Positions 1 through 10,311 of a DNA stretch of 20,000 nt are shown piece after piece. Both the position numbers and the translations under genes were made by a program. The notes below the pieces were generated by a model, which saw only the letters and a list, made by a program, of their open reading frames with translations, did no database searches and was not told where the DNA came from. The first letter of the stretch is position 1. The number at the start of each line of letters is the position of its first letter. This stretch comes from Atractiella rhizophila (Eukaryota), in NCBI GenBank assembly GCA_021432655.1, contig MU271203.1, positions 122,918-142,917 on the forward strand, written 5' to 3'.

Positions 1-2
1 CG

Positions 3-3000
3 ATCCCTATCCCCAAACCTGACATTCCACCAGCTCCACTTTCCGCCAATCCTCTCAATTACGGAAGGCCGAAAATGAAGAAGAACCTCAATAAGAAAAT
101 GCTTTCTCTTACCGTCAACCCTGCCCTCGCCGAAACCCAATCCTGTCCCCCATCACCTGGCATCTTTGCCCTGCTTCCGGATGAGGGAGACGAGGAGGAT
201 GGGGCGGGGAAGGACGAGTTTAAAGCTAAGATGATGTTGAAGGTGAAGGCGGAAGAGATGCGAGATCGACTTTCAGGTAAGAATGGAGGAATGGGAAGGA
301 GGAAATCCATACCTGGTGGAATGAGTTTAGCAACTCATGTTGCTGGGACCGCGCCAATTGACGATCAAGAGGAGGAAGATGAGGAATTCCCGTATCAACA
401 TGGACCGAAGGAGATCTTGAAAGGCCTCTACCTTGGAAGTGAGGGGAATGCGAAAGATGGAGAGATGCTGAGAAGAGAGGGGATCAAGTGGATCCTCAAT
501 GTTGCGGTGGAAGTGGTTGTGCCCTGGGAGGATGGGAACGTGGTTGATGGGATCGAAGGCTGGAACAAGCTGGATGAACAGGTACCCCGTCTAGCAATCG
601 AGAAAGTGGACGGAGACCGCACCCCTCTCAGCTCAGCTCAGCCAACCTTCAAGCTCGCCTTGGACGACCGGCCCCCTATGAGCTCCATCGAACCCTCGTT
701 TGGAGGACTGCCCTTTGGTCGAGACGACGACGACCGACCACCCATGAGCTCGATCGAGCCGTCGTTCGGTGGACTTCCCTTCACGCGAGAAGCAGATGAA
801 CCTGCCCCTCTGAAGAGCTTCCTTCTGCCTTCTTTGGGTGGATTATCATCTGCAGATGAAGACGACGATCGACCACCAATGAGTTCTATTGAACCCACCT
901 TCGCTGGTCTACCATTTGGAAGGGATGAAGATCGTGGACCGAAGAGTTCGTTGGCCCCGTCGTTTGGCGGCCTGCCTTTCAAGAGAGACGATGATGACGA
1001 TGATCGTCCCCCGATGAGTTCGATCGAGCCCACATTCGGAGGATTGCCTTTTGGAAGAGATGAAGACAGAGGACCGAAGAGCTCGCTTGCTCCCTCTTTC
1101 GGGGCTTTGCCGTTCAGGAGAGACGACGATGATCACCCTCCGATGAGTTCCATCGAACCCACTTTTGGAGGATTGCCTTTCGGAAGAGATGAAGATAGAG
1201 GACCAAAGAGCTCGCTCGCTCCTTCCTTCGGGGCGCTTCCATTCAGGAGAGAAGAAGACGACGACAAGCCACCCATGAGTTCGATCGAACCTTCCTTCGG
1301 TGGACTACCATTTAAGAGAGATGAACCTGCGCCGATGAGCTCGATCGAGCCCAGCTTCGGTGCATTACCCTTCAAACGGGATGACGAGGACGGGACTGCC
1401 CCCATGAGTGCCGTCGAGTCGACATTCTTTTCCCTGCCCGTCAACAATCGTCCCTCCATTCCACGATCGGAAAGGGCGCCGGAGCCTATCATGGAAGAAC
1501 CGATGGAGTATACCATCTCGATTTCCCCTCCGCAGGAGCCCGCCGCTTCTCCCCAAGTTTCTCCCAATAGATCGAAGTCAATGTTGATGCGTACTGCCAC
1601 GTCAACTCCAAATCTGAAAGCTTCATTTGAGGAGGAGGAAGATGCGCCTTCTCCTTCGAGGACTAGGAAGTTTACTCTTCCTCTTCCTATCGTAGATAAT
1701 GGACCAAAGGTACTCGACTTGAGATTCGAAGAGATGGGGAGTCGCCCGGCCGTCAATTACCGAAAACTGTTCTGGGGACATGATCAGAAAGATGTTGTTG
1801 ACCAGTTTGAGAAGGCTTTCGAGTTTATTGAAGCTGCACGCAGCAGGGGCGAAGGAGTTTTGGTGCATTGCCAATGCGGTATCTCAAGGTTTGTTGTTGC
1901 TTCCTTAATAGATGGCGCCGAACGTTGATTCTGAATACAGGAGCGGATGCGCTGTCATTCTCTATGTGATGAAGAAGGCATCAGAAGGTCGGATCAAAAA
2001 GATGGGATCAGAATGGGAGGGCGGAGAACTGGTTGAAGTGACGACGGAGTGGAGCTCTGCCTATGACTTTGCCAGAAAGAAGAGTCGACATGTTGGACCA
2101 AACATGAATCTCATTTGGCATTGTCTGGATTACGGAAAGACGCTCAAGAGGCTGGAAAGTGGCAAGGGAGAGGATTCGAACACGGATGACGAAGAGGAAG
2201 AACGACAGATAATGCAACAACGCAGGAAGCAGGAAGAACCTGATGAAGCCGCGTCCTCCGTCTCATCCAAGAACTCCTTCTCGACCAGACTTTATGCTGG
2301 TTCCAATCAACTTCCCGATAACGAGTCCATGTTCTCTCAGGTTTCGACACCAGTTTCGATGAAACCTCCAGTTGTTATTGCACCCATCCAGCCGAAAGCG
2401 AAACGAGCACCGCCGCCGCTGAAACTCAAAAAGGAGACGACGACAACGGTCCTTGCAGTCGGAGATGTTGACGACAAGGAAAGCGTCACCAGTCATGCCT
2501 CGTCGAAGTTAGACACGAAACACCAGTTATCGCCTCTTCCTCCTCACGTCGCTCCACCAATCCCCACCCCCTTCACCGCTCATCCTGCGAAGACGACTTT
2601 TACAAGGCCTATGGCTCCGACGCCTCATACCGCGAGTGCTTTCAAAACCAGCTTCGGCAGCAAGAGCCAAGCTGCCTCTTCGTCCTTTAGCAAGATCTTT
2701 CCATCGTCTGCCTCGATCAAATCTGCTTCTTCTAAAGGTTCCAAGACATCTAAACTGTCCCGTCTGCGGTCGTCTAAGTTTGCCCTGCCTTTCCCTCTGC
2801 CCCCTTCTGTCACTACTCAGGTGGGTGTTCGCCTCTAGACACCGTCTCCGTTTCAAGTGCTGATCTTACTTGATGGTTAGGTGGATACCCCAACTGCGTC
2901 TGCATTCAAGCCTTCGCCAGCTTTGAATGCTCTTAATAACACAGCGCAAGCTACCGGAACATACACGAGAAAGCGAGGTGCTTCTCTTCTGGTATCAACC

Positions 3001-3165
3001 ACTGCGAACATTGCGAGCGCGATTGCGAGCCCTCAGACCCCTGGACCGCCTCCCGCTACTCCCCATGGTAGGAGTAAGTCATTCTTTAGTTCTTTTCTTC
3101 GACGAGGCAGCTTCAGTCAGCACACGCATCCTTCCAATCAGTCCAGCAGCAGTGGACACCGATGA
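3..3165 (+). CDS. Dual-specificity (MAPK) protein phosphatase, Msg5/Pmp1-like, with internal repeat insert; probably 5'-partial. Exons <3-1888, 1941-2820, 2881-3165
   Basis: N-terminal DSP half: GPKEILKGLYLGSEGNA...GIKWILNVAVEV. C-terminal half: YRKLFWGHDQ...FIEAAR...VLVHCQCGISR|SGCAVILYVM (HCxxGxxRS active site joined across GT-AG intron 1889-1940) and AYDFARKKSRHVGPNMNLI. Second intron 2821-2880. The frame is open upstream of ATG 75 to the window edge. NKKMLSLTV resembles a MAPK docking D-motif. Confidence 0.9.
615..1440 (+). repeat. Coding tandem repeat, about 13 units of 60-72 nt, inside the phosphatase
   Basis: Ten well-conserved units ending LPFxR (type A: DDRPPMSSIEP[ST]FGGLPFxR; type B: DEDRGPKSSLAPSFG[GA]LPF[KR]R) plus three degenerate units, read from the translation of ORF 75..1928. 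Confidence 0.95.
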
Positions 3166-3485
3166 TTCTTCGTGCCAGCGACTCTTTCGTTTCTTTTCGC
3201 TACGGATTTCTCTGCTCGGTTTGATCATAAGTAACTTCACAGCCCTGATTGCATCGACACGTACTTTACTTCATCTATTTATTCATTGGAAGCGATGGCT
3301 GAAGCGTGTTGCGGGTTCAACGCGGTGTTGGGTGACTGGACATTTTGGATTGCCTTGAGCTCAAGTGGACATTTCTCCTTTTTCGTGAGTTCACAAGTGC
3401 TTGTATTCTCACATTTTGCAATATGATCGTGTGACAATGTTCGCGATATCCCATTACATTGTAGTTCAACAGAGCAAAGCGGACA

Positions 3486-4789
3486 TTACGTTTTGCGCTT
3501 CTTGGACTTTGGAGGTTCTTCGTCTTCAGAAGCGCCAACCAGATCCTCCATATCCTTTAGCTCGTCAGCATCAACCATCTCCAACTCCTCGTCACCTTCC
3601 TCGTCTTCTTCCTCGTCTTCCTCACTCTCGCTTTCATCCCTACCACGCTTTAATCCTTTCATCTTCCGTTGTTGCTGCTTCTCCAACTCTTCGAACTGCC
3701 GTCCGACATGGATCTGGCCAACTGTATCTCCCATTTCATCGATATCGACATTTTTATTTTGCTTCTTCTTGTCCCCGTCGACAGGTTTCGCTTTCGGAGC
3801 GACGTGCTTCGTAGCTGTCTTCCATACGGCAGGGTCTGCAGACTGAGTTCTGCGAAGGGAGAAGTCGAGGAAAGGACCATGAGGCTCGAGCTGCACTTTT
3901 GGAATCCGAGAGCCTGAACGAAGCAAAACTGTCTTGTACACTCGGAAGTGTACTTTTGGCAGATCGCCTTCTTTGATGGATGAAGACGACGGACCGGCTG
4001 TGGGATCGGAGAGAGAGACGAGAGGTGCAGGTGCTTCTTCACTGGTGGAATCCGTGACACTGCTGACAATGTCGGTTGTGCCGGCCGTTACGCAAATAAC
4101 ATGCTCAACGCCGGAAAGATTGATGTTGTTGGCCATTTGACCGTGAAAAAAGTCGAGTAAAAAAGACTTGAATTGGATGTAAAGGGGGTGAGTATCAAAG
4201 AGATGACCGCTGAACTGAAACAGTGGACGAGACGATGGGGAGGTTTTGATGCCCTTTACAACACCATGCTTTAACCCGAATTTTATAGCTAAGGTAGATG
4301 CGCGCACCTTGAACTCGCTCATCCCAATGGCTTTATCCACGCCTGTTTCCAACATCTCCATCACGTTCCCATCGAAAGTTCTTGCCCATATAAGGTCGTT
4401 TGGACGCTTTTTCGAGTGGAGTCCAACGAGAAACAGCGAAGCATCGTTCTTGTGGGACCAGAATGCTAAGCTTGAGGAATCCTCAAAGGGGTGTATAGCA
4501 TTCTTCTTGTTGAACAGCAAGCAGTCAGGTTTCTTTAGCTGAGCCTGAATCCTCGCGAGTTAGCATATTGCGGTAAATTGAGAGAAAATGCATACCAATT
4601 CTGAGAGTGCCAAGTTGACATTCTGCGATGTCTGGCTGCCCTTCACAAATATCGCAGTCTTAGGGCCCTCTACAACTTGAGGCTCGCGAGCTTTCATCGC
4701 TCGCTTGCTCCGTGCATTCTTTGGCTTTCTACTCACAGCAATCAGCGGCAATAGGGGAAGTATGGGGCAGCTCACACTACCCTTTGCAT
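3486..4789 (-). CDS. RPF2: Ribosome biogenesis protein Rpf2 (Brix domain). Exons 4789-4776, 4728-4596, 4544-4308, 4253-3486
   Basis: Spliced N-terminus MQRVVKPKNARSKRAM; motifs KKNAIHPFED, KNDASLF, HSKKRPNDL, RTFD, LLDFFHG, PKVQLEPHGP, DEMGDTVGQIHVGRQ, RKMKGLKR. Introns 4729-4775, 4545-4595, 4254-4307 are all GT-AG. Confidence 0.95.
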
Positions 4790-4966
4790 CCTGATGATCC
4801 TTCAGTATTCCAAAGCAGACTCCAAACCTTTTGGACCAAATTTTTTGGTCTGTTGTTTGGCCAGAAGGGTCATTGGTTGAAGAATACCATGAACTTTAAC
4901 ACAGCAACCTCTATTATATTCTTACCTCGAAACGATTTAATATCCTAAATATTGTCGAGGGATTGC

Positions 4967-6657
4967 ATGCGCTTCCCTGCTGTCTCTCCTTATAACTTGA
5001 AGTCACTCTGCCGAGCGCTGTCTCAGACTGTTCAAAGGCAAGCTTCAGGAAATGGCGAACTCTTGACAGTCGACGCTCTCACTGCACCGTTTCGAAAGGC
5101 TGGACTGCCCCTTTTTTCTGCCCAGTCAAAGGATATTCGAGTGTTACATGAACCGAAGGATTTTTATAATTTACTACTGGTGAGATTTACCCACACCTTC
5201 ATGTTGTTGACATCCCGAGCTAGCATAACGTGCGGTCAGCGAAAGAGCGAATATTTCTTTCCTCTCTCTACATAGGCAAGGAAGACACCCAACTTGCAAG
5301 TTTGGTCCTTGCGTTGTCACCAACGCTAACATTCAGTCCAGGTTGAAGCGCTACATCAAGCATTGGCGGCGAATCCGAACTTGCGCCTTTCTATCCTTGT
5401 CGACTACCTTCGTTCAACTAGAGAACATACCTCCCCCTCTTCGGCCTCTCTCATCTGCGGTCTCTCAGCGAGATTTCCGGAACAAGTTTCCATAGGTTTA
5501 TGGCACACTCCAGAGCTTTATGGATGGCGGAATTTAACACCTAACCGTTTGAACGAGGGGTGGGGTCTTCAGCACATGAAGTGCTATGGCTTTGATGATC
5601 GTGTTATTATGAGCGGAGCGAATCTCAGCAGCGACTACTTTACGAATCGACAAGATCGATATATCTCTTTTGAGAACAACAGCACTTTAGCGAATTATTT
5701 CTTTGCACTCCAGAAGCTGTTTATTCGCGCGTCTTACGCTTTGAAAGGACGATCAACCGCCAAAAATGCTGATTTTGATCTCGTATGGAACGGCGGTGAC
5801 AACATTCCGTCTCCTCAAACCAATCGCTCAAGATACGTCACTCAGCTGGCTTATCAGCTAGAAGAGGTTGTGAAGACGAAAGGCGATTCTTCTACTGAAG
5901 GCGACACCTTTGTTATTCCCAATCTTCAGATGGGCTCCTTCGGCATCAAGCAAGAGACAGAATCTGTTATCCCCACAATTTTGGAGCTTGAGCATAGACT
6001 GGCGGATCGTCAGATGTCTCTGACTGTCGACTGGACAAGTGGATATTTCAGCGTCAGGCCGGAAGACCAGGAAATGATTCTGCAGAACCAGGACGCCAGG
6101 TTCCGTATTGTCTCCGCCTCTCCTGAGGTATGATCCTCTTCATTAGGTCAGCGTGTATGGGACTGAAAGGGAGTGCAGGCTAATGGTTTTCTAAACTCGA
6201 AAGGTGTGTCAAGGCACGTCCCGCCGGCATATATGCATCTGGAGCAGCAATTTTACGACGCTGTAAGACGGGCTGGAAGAGACAGTATTGAGATAAAGGA
6301 GTGGAAGCGCGAAGGATGGACATATCACTCAAAAGGTGCCTTTTCAGCCATTTCTTCGCCCGTTGACTTGCTGATGCAATGAGCAAAGGGATTTGGCTGT
6401 CACCTTCAAATGGTAACCCATTCCTGACCCTAGTGGGTTCCTCAAATTATGGCCGCCGATCAGCAACACGCGACTTGGAAGCGAACCTTCTCCTCCTCAC
6501 TCTTAACGAAGGCTTACGGAGGAGTTTGAGGTCTGAAGTGGAGAACATTAGGAAGTACGCGACGGTCACCATAAATGAAGAGTTAGTGGCCAGACCGGAG
6601 AGGCAGGTACACTGGGGAGTACAAATCGCAGCTAGATGCATTTCAACCATGCTTTAG
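4967..6657 (+). CDS. PGS1: Mitochondrial phosphatidylglycerophosphate synthase (PLD superfamily). Exons 4967-5179, 5224-5295, 5342-6127, 6179-6335, 6389-6657
   Basis: Motifs EPKDFYNLL, RIFLSSLYIG, DYLRSTRE, RLNEGWGLQHMKCYGFDDRVIMSGANLSSDYFTNRQDRY, ASPE|ANGF, WTYHSK|GIW, GSSNYGRRS...DLEAN. Intron 5296-5341 is GC-AG. Confidence 0.95.
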
Positions 6658-6946
6658 TAACGAAAATCGTAGGGCACAAGCAAGGACGTTCACGTTTATT
6701 GAACCAGCCGCAAAGTACAAGGACATAGATAACTTAACTACATCTCACCGTTTGTAATAATCACATCGTTACCCCTCTGTCGGAATGAAAGATAGCGAAT
6801 CGCTTCGGATGTGCGACGACTAGAAATCTTGATGGGACAATTTCAGCTACAACGTTGCGAGTGGATTCAACGGCCTTGGCATTACTTGCTCTCACAGCAT
6901 GTGACAGTTTTGGGCACATTAACACACGGTGGAATATTGTTCGGGG

Positions 6947-6960
6947 AAAAAAAAAAAAAA
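6947..6960 (+). repeat. A14 homopolymer
   Basis: Fourteen consecutive A residues in intergenic DNA downstream of PGS1. Confidence 0.9.
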
Positions 6961-7009
6961 CGGAAAAGTAGATGAGCCTTGTGCCTTGAGTGAATATGAA
7001 TGAACGATG

Positions 7010-8340
7010 TTCTATTTGTCGCGGAGGAGGGCACGATAGATTAGAGAAATCAACTCCTTCATGATGCTTATGTTGTTCAAAAGCTTAATGTTATTTGAAG
7101 ACTCCTGCAGGTCGCACGCATGTATGTCGGGAACATCATCCTGAACGCGGGTTATCTTGATAGATCATTTGGGCACCATAGTGAAGAACAAACAAATGCT
7201 TCGATGCCAGAGAAGATATGGTACATCCCTATTTTCGCCCTTCGCCGGAAAAGGCCGCGGTACCATGATATAAACTCCTTCACTTGCTGTGGCAAAGGCC
7301 CGTAGAGATTTGGTGGTAGAGATTTCAACGAAGAAATACCTAATCCATAATTTCGCGAGGGCATAAAAATGGGCCTAATTCACTTTAGTTCATCTGTGGT
7401 GTATGTCCACCTAAACTGTCCCTATTGCCACCTGCGAAGTTCACTTGGTGCTGATACCCATGCAGTTACTCGAAGCCGCAAGAGCAGGATGGCAAAAAGA
7501 ATGACGTTCTGATCAATAATCTGACAACAGACCAGTATAAATGGGCAGTGAGTTGACGGTGTTTCTTCTTACATCGTGCTGAAGCTTGCTCCTAGTGCAA
7601 ATATTGTGCGTTCGAATTTTGAAAGCGATCACTTACCCGAAAGAATAGGCGGCCATACATACTTTACGGAACACCTGAAGAAACTCCACGAAGTAGACTG
7701 TCTCTCGAAGCCAGATCGAAATATTGGCGGATAGACTACTAGTAGCAGCCCAGAAACTCCAACTCCGCACCTCACTTCAAGTTTGTGTTAATAGGAGCAT
7801 CTCAACCGTGCAGGTGTTTGGTACCAAGGCGGTCCATATAAACTTAGCTATGTTCTTCGTAGACTACAGGTCCCGAGTAAATATTTTTGTCCATATTGTG
7901 CTCAGCATCTTTTTGTCAGCAATGTTTTTACGACTAATATCATGCGATTCCCAACAGAAGCTCAGATAACACAAGTCAAAGTTATCGTATTATGCCGAAG
8001 AATTCTGAGATCTAGGTTGAACAAACCTTCTTCTCTGTAAACACGTACAGCCTACAATTCCTGAAAGAACATTACAGGAGAGTCTTGACAACTCGCAACA
8101 GTTTATACAACATCTCAGGCAGTGAACAGTCCCATCCGAGAAATTCATGCCATAAAGTTCCTCCAAAAGCGCATAAAGTCATACAAGAGCGCCTCCTAGG
8201 TGATCAAAGCGGCATGCTTCTTCTTGAACAGCACCAGCAAGACTCACATGCTTCCCAGAGCTAGAGAGCCAAATCTTTAAATATAATTGTAAAGTCCTCT
8301 CTGTTTGCAGTGTCCGCAAGATCTTCAACATCAGGGATAT
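7010..8340 (-). pseudogene. Decayed intron-containing paralog of the Zn2Cys6 transcription factor at 16.7-18.9 kb; boundaries approximate
   Basis: Minus-strand fragments match the intact gene in the same order: TIWTKIF...IAKFI vs KTWTSY...LGKFV; AAYSFG|intron vs AQISFHS|intron; ARCKKKHRQLTAHLY vs ARFHAHRTLLFNLY; DQNVILFAILL vs DDAMILLLVLL; AFVCSSLWCPN vs KFARSKRWSPN. Interrupted by stops and frame changes; GTGAGT, GTACGT and GTAAGT donors remain. Confidence 0.6.
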
Positions 8341-8475
8341 GACGGAGTAATGGTAGGGGGTAGATTATTACTCACGGGACATGGGGATCGAAATGGCCTT
8401 CCTGCCACATAAACCTAACGCCAAACTTGAAGCGATTGGAGTTTCCCGTCCACAAATTCTCAAAGCAGCACCAAC

Positions 8476-10248
8476 ATGGCTTCTTCCTCGTCAGAATCAG
8501 ACGCGTCTTTTGTGGCCTCGGACGACGATTTGCCTCAGATGGCTGGCGACACGCGACGCTCAAACCGACGCAGAACGCAGACTGTGAGGGCTCAAGAGGC
8601 AGATGGTGCCAGTACTGAGAGGAAGAAGAGCAAGAAGGGGAAGGGGAAAGAGACATTGCATGTTTGGGAGGAAGAATATCAGAGAAGTTGGGATGTAGTG
8701 CAGGAAGATGAGAGTGGGAGCTTACAGACAAGTGTCGACCAGTGGTTGGCTGGCAATCGACGAAGACGGTGCGAATTTTCTCCTTTCTCTCTACAATTTG
8801 GTTGGGTGATGATGTCCTTGTAATGACGTACTCTGTCTTGAAATAAACTAGAATTTTACGAGACGCGACCGCAGTTCAGAGAGGCATCATTCGCCATCTC
8901 GTTCTTGTCATAGACTTGTCTTTGAGCATGATGGATCGCGACTTGCGACCTACCAGACTCGAGTTGTCAATTCAGTACGCCAAGGAATTCATCAATGAAT
9001 TCTTCGACCAAAATCCCATCTCTCAGCTTGCAATTGTCGGAACTCGAGATGGGCTGGCGGAAAGACTAAGCCCTCTAAGTGGTCAGCGTCGCGTTTCTTT
9101 CATAAACCAGGAGTTTTAGACTAAATTAGGCAACCCAATTGACCATGAAAAGGGCCTTGCCAACAAACGCAAACTTGATCCATCTGGTGAACCTTCCTTA
9201 CAGAATGCCTTGGAAATGGCCAAAGGCCTACTCAGGTATGCATCCGCCTGCGCCTCTACTCCATAAGACTAATTTCTTTCTAGCCATCTTCCTTCTCATG
9301 GCTCGAGAGAAATTGTTGTCATTTTTGGCTCCCTCACTACTTGTGATCCTGGGAACATACACACAACGATCGAATCTCTCGAAAAGTTGAGAATCCGCGT
9401 CTCGATAATTGGACTGGCCGCTGAGTTGCGTATATGTCGAGAAATTAGCGTCAGAACTCATGGTGCGCTTTGCCTTCTTCATGTGTTGCGCAAGAGAAGC
9501 TGAACATGCGGGAACGGAAATAAAGGCTCCTTCGGAGTGGTACTAAACGAGCAGCACTTCCGGGATCTTCTCATGGAATCGGTGCAACCTCCTCCACTGC
9601 CATCTTCTACGATCACCACAACAACACGCTCCTCCCTCCTGTCAGCCCTCAATGCACCTCCTACTCCCGCAGCCCCGAAGCCTGCTCCGCCTTCTACAGC
9701 AGATTTAATACAGATGGGCTTTCCCCTCCTCGATTTCTGCAAATCGTCATCGTTTCCTACCTTATGCACCTGCCATTCTAAGCTTCGGTTGAAGGTATTC
9801 ATCTGCCCTAGATGCAAAGCACAATATTGCGAGATCCCAGTAGATTGCGGGATCTGTGGATTGATGATTGTTTCAAGTCCATTGCTCGCAAGAAGCTATA
9901 AACATTTGGTACCCGTCCTTAACTTCAAAGAGGTCAACCAGTGCGCATTTATTCTAGTCCCACGACCTGTATCTGATCGTCGAACAGTCCAACTTCTCAA
10001 GAACAAGCCGATTCCTTCCCTTCTGCATGCCATGCTTGCTCGCTTCCTTTCTCTGCTCTCAAAATTATCTCAAAGGTTGCTTCGAATGAGGGGGCAAACT
10101 CGAATCCAAATACAAAGAGCGGGAGTGGATTAAGTCCGACTGGGAGATATGAATGTCCGAATTGTCATAATCACTTCTGTCTTGAGTGCGAGCTGATGAT
10201 TCACGATTCATTGGGGATGTGTGTTGGATGCACAACTGGAGTACGATG
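8476..10248 (+). CDS. SSL1: TFIIH core subunit Ssl1/p44. Exons 8476-8768, 8852-9081, 9130-9235, 9284-9462, 9526-9940, 9988-10248
   Basis: WEEEYQRSWDVVQEDESGSL, QRGIIRHLVLVIDLS, DLRPTR, EFFDQNPISQL, GEPSLQNALEMA, HGSREI, SLTTCDPGNI (vWA domain); MGFP; CPRC...C..C..L..SP.LARSY.HL zinc finger; C-terminal CHAC...YECPNCHNHFCLEC...IHDSLGMCVGC. Confidence 0.96.
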
Positions 10249-10311
10249 ATGGCACCATACTGCATTTGATTTGCTATTGAACAGTTGCTGTTACACGTCG
10301 ATGGAACTGAA

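Noticed and set aside
615..1440. CRISPR-like or mobile-element repeat
   Set aside because: The context is eukaryotic, the repeats are in-frame and degenerate at third codon positions, and there are no unique spacers or terminal repeats.
638..1756. Antisense ORFs 638..1033 and 1133..1756 with repetitive GSIELIGG peptides
   Set aside because: They are shadows of the plus-strand coding repeat.
3401..4542. Plus-strand ORFs over RPF2, including a Ser-rich one
   Set aside because: They are antisense to the acidic tail and body of RPF2.
6947..6960. A14 as a retroposon or processed-pseudogene tail
   Set aside because: It is on the wrong strand for the adjacent minus-strand relic, which retains introns; no target-site duplication was seen.
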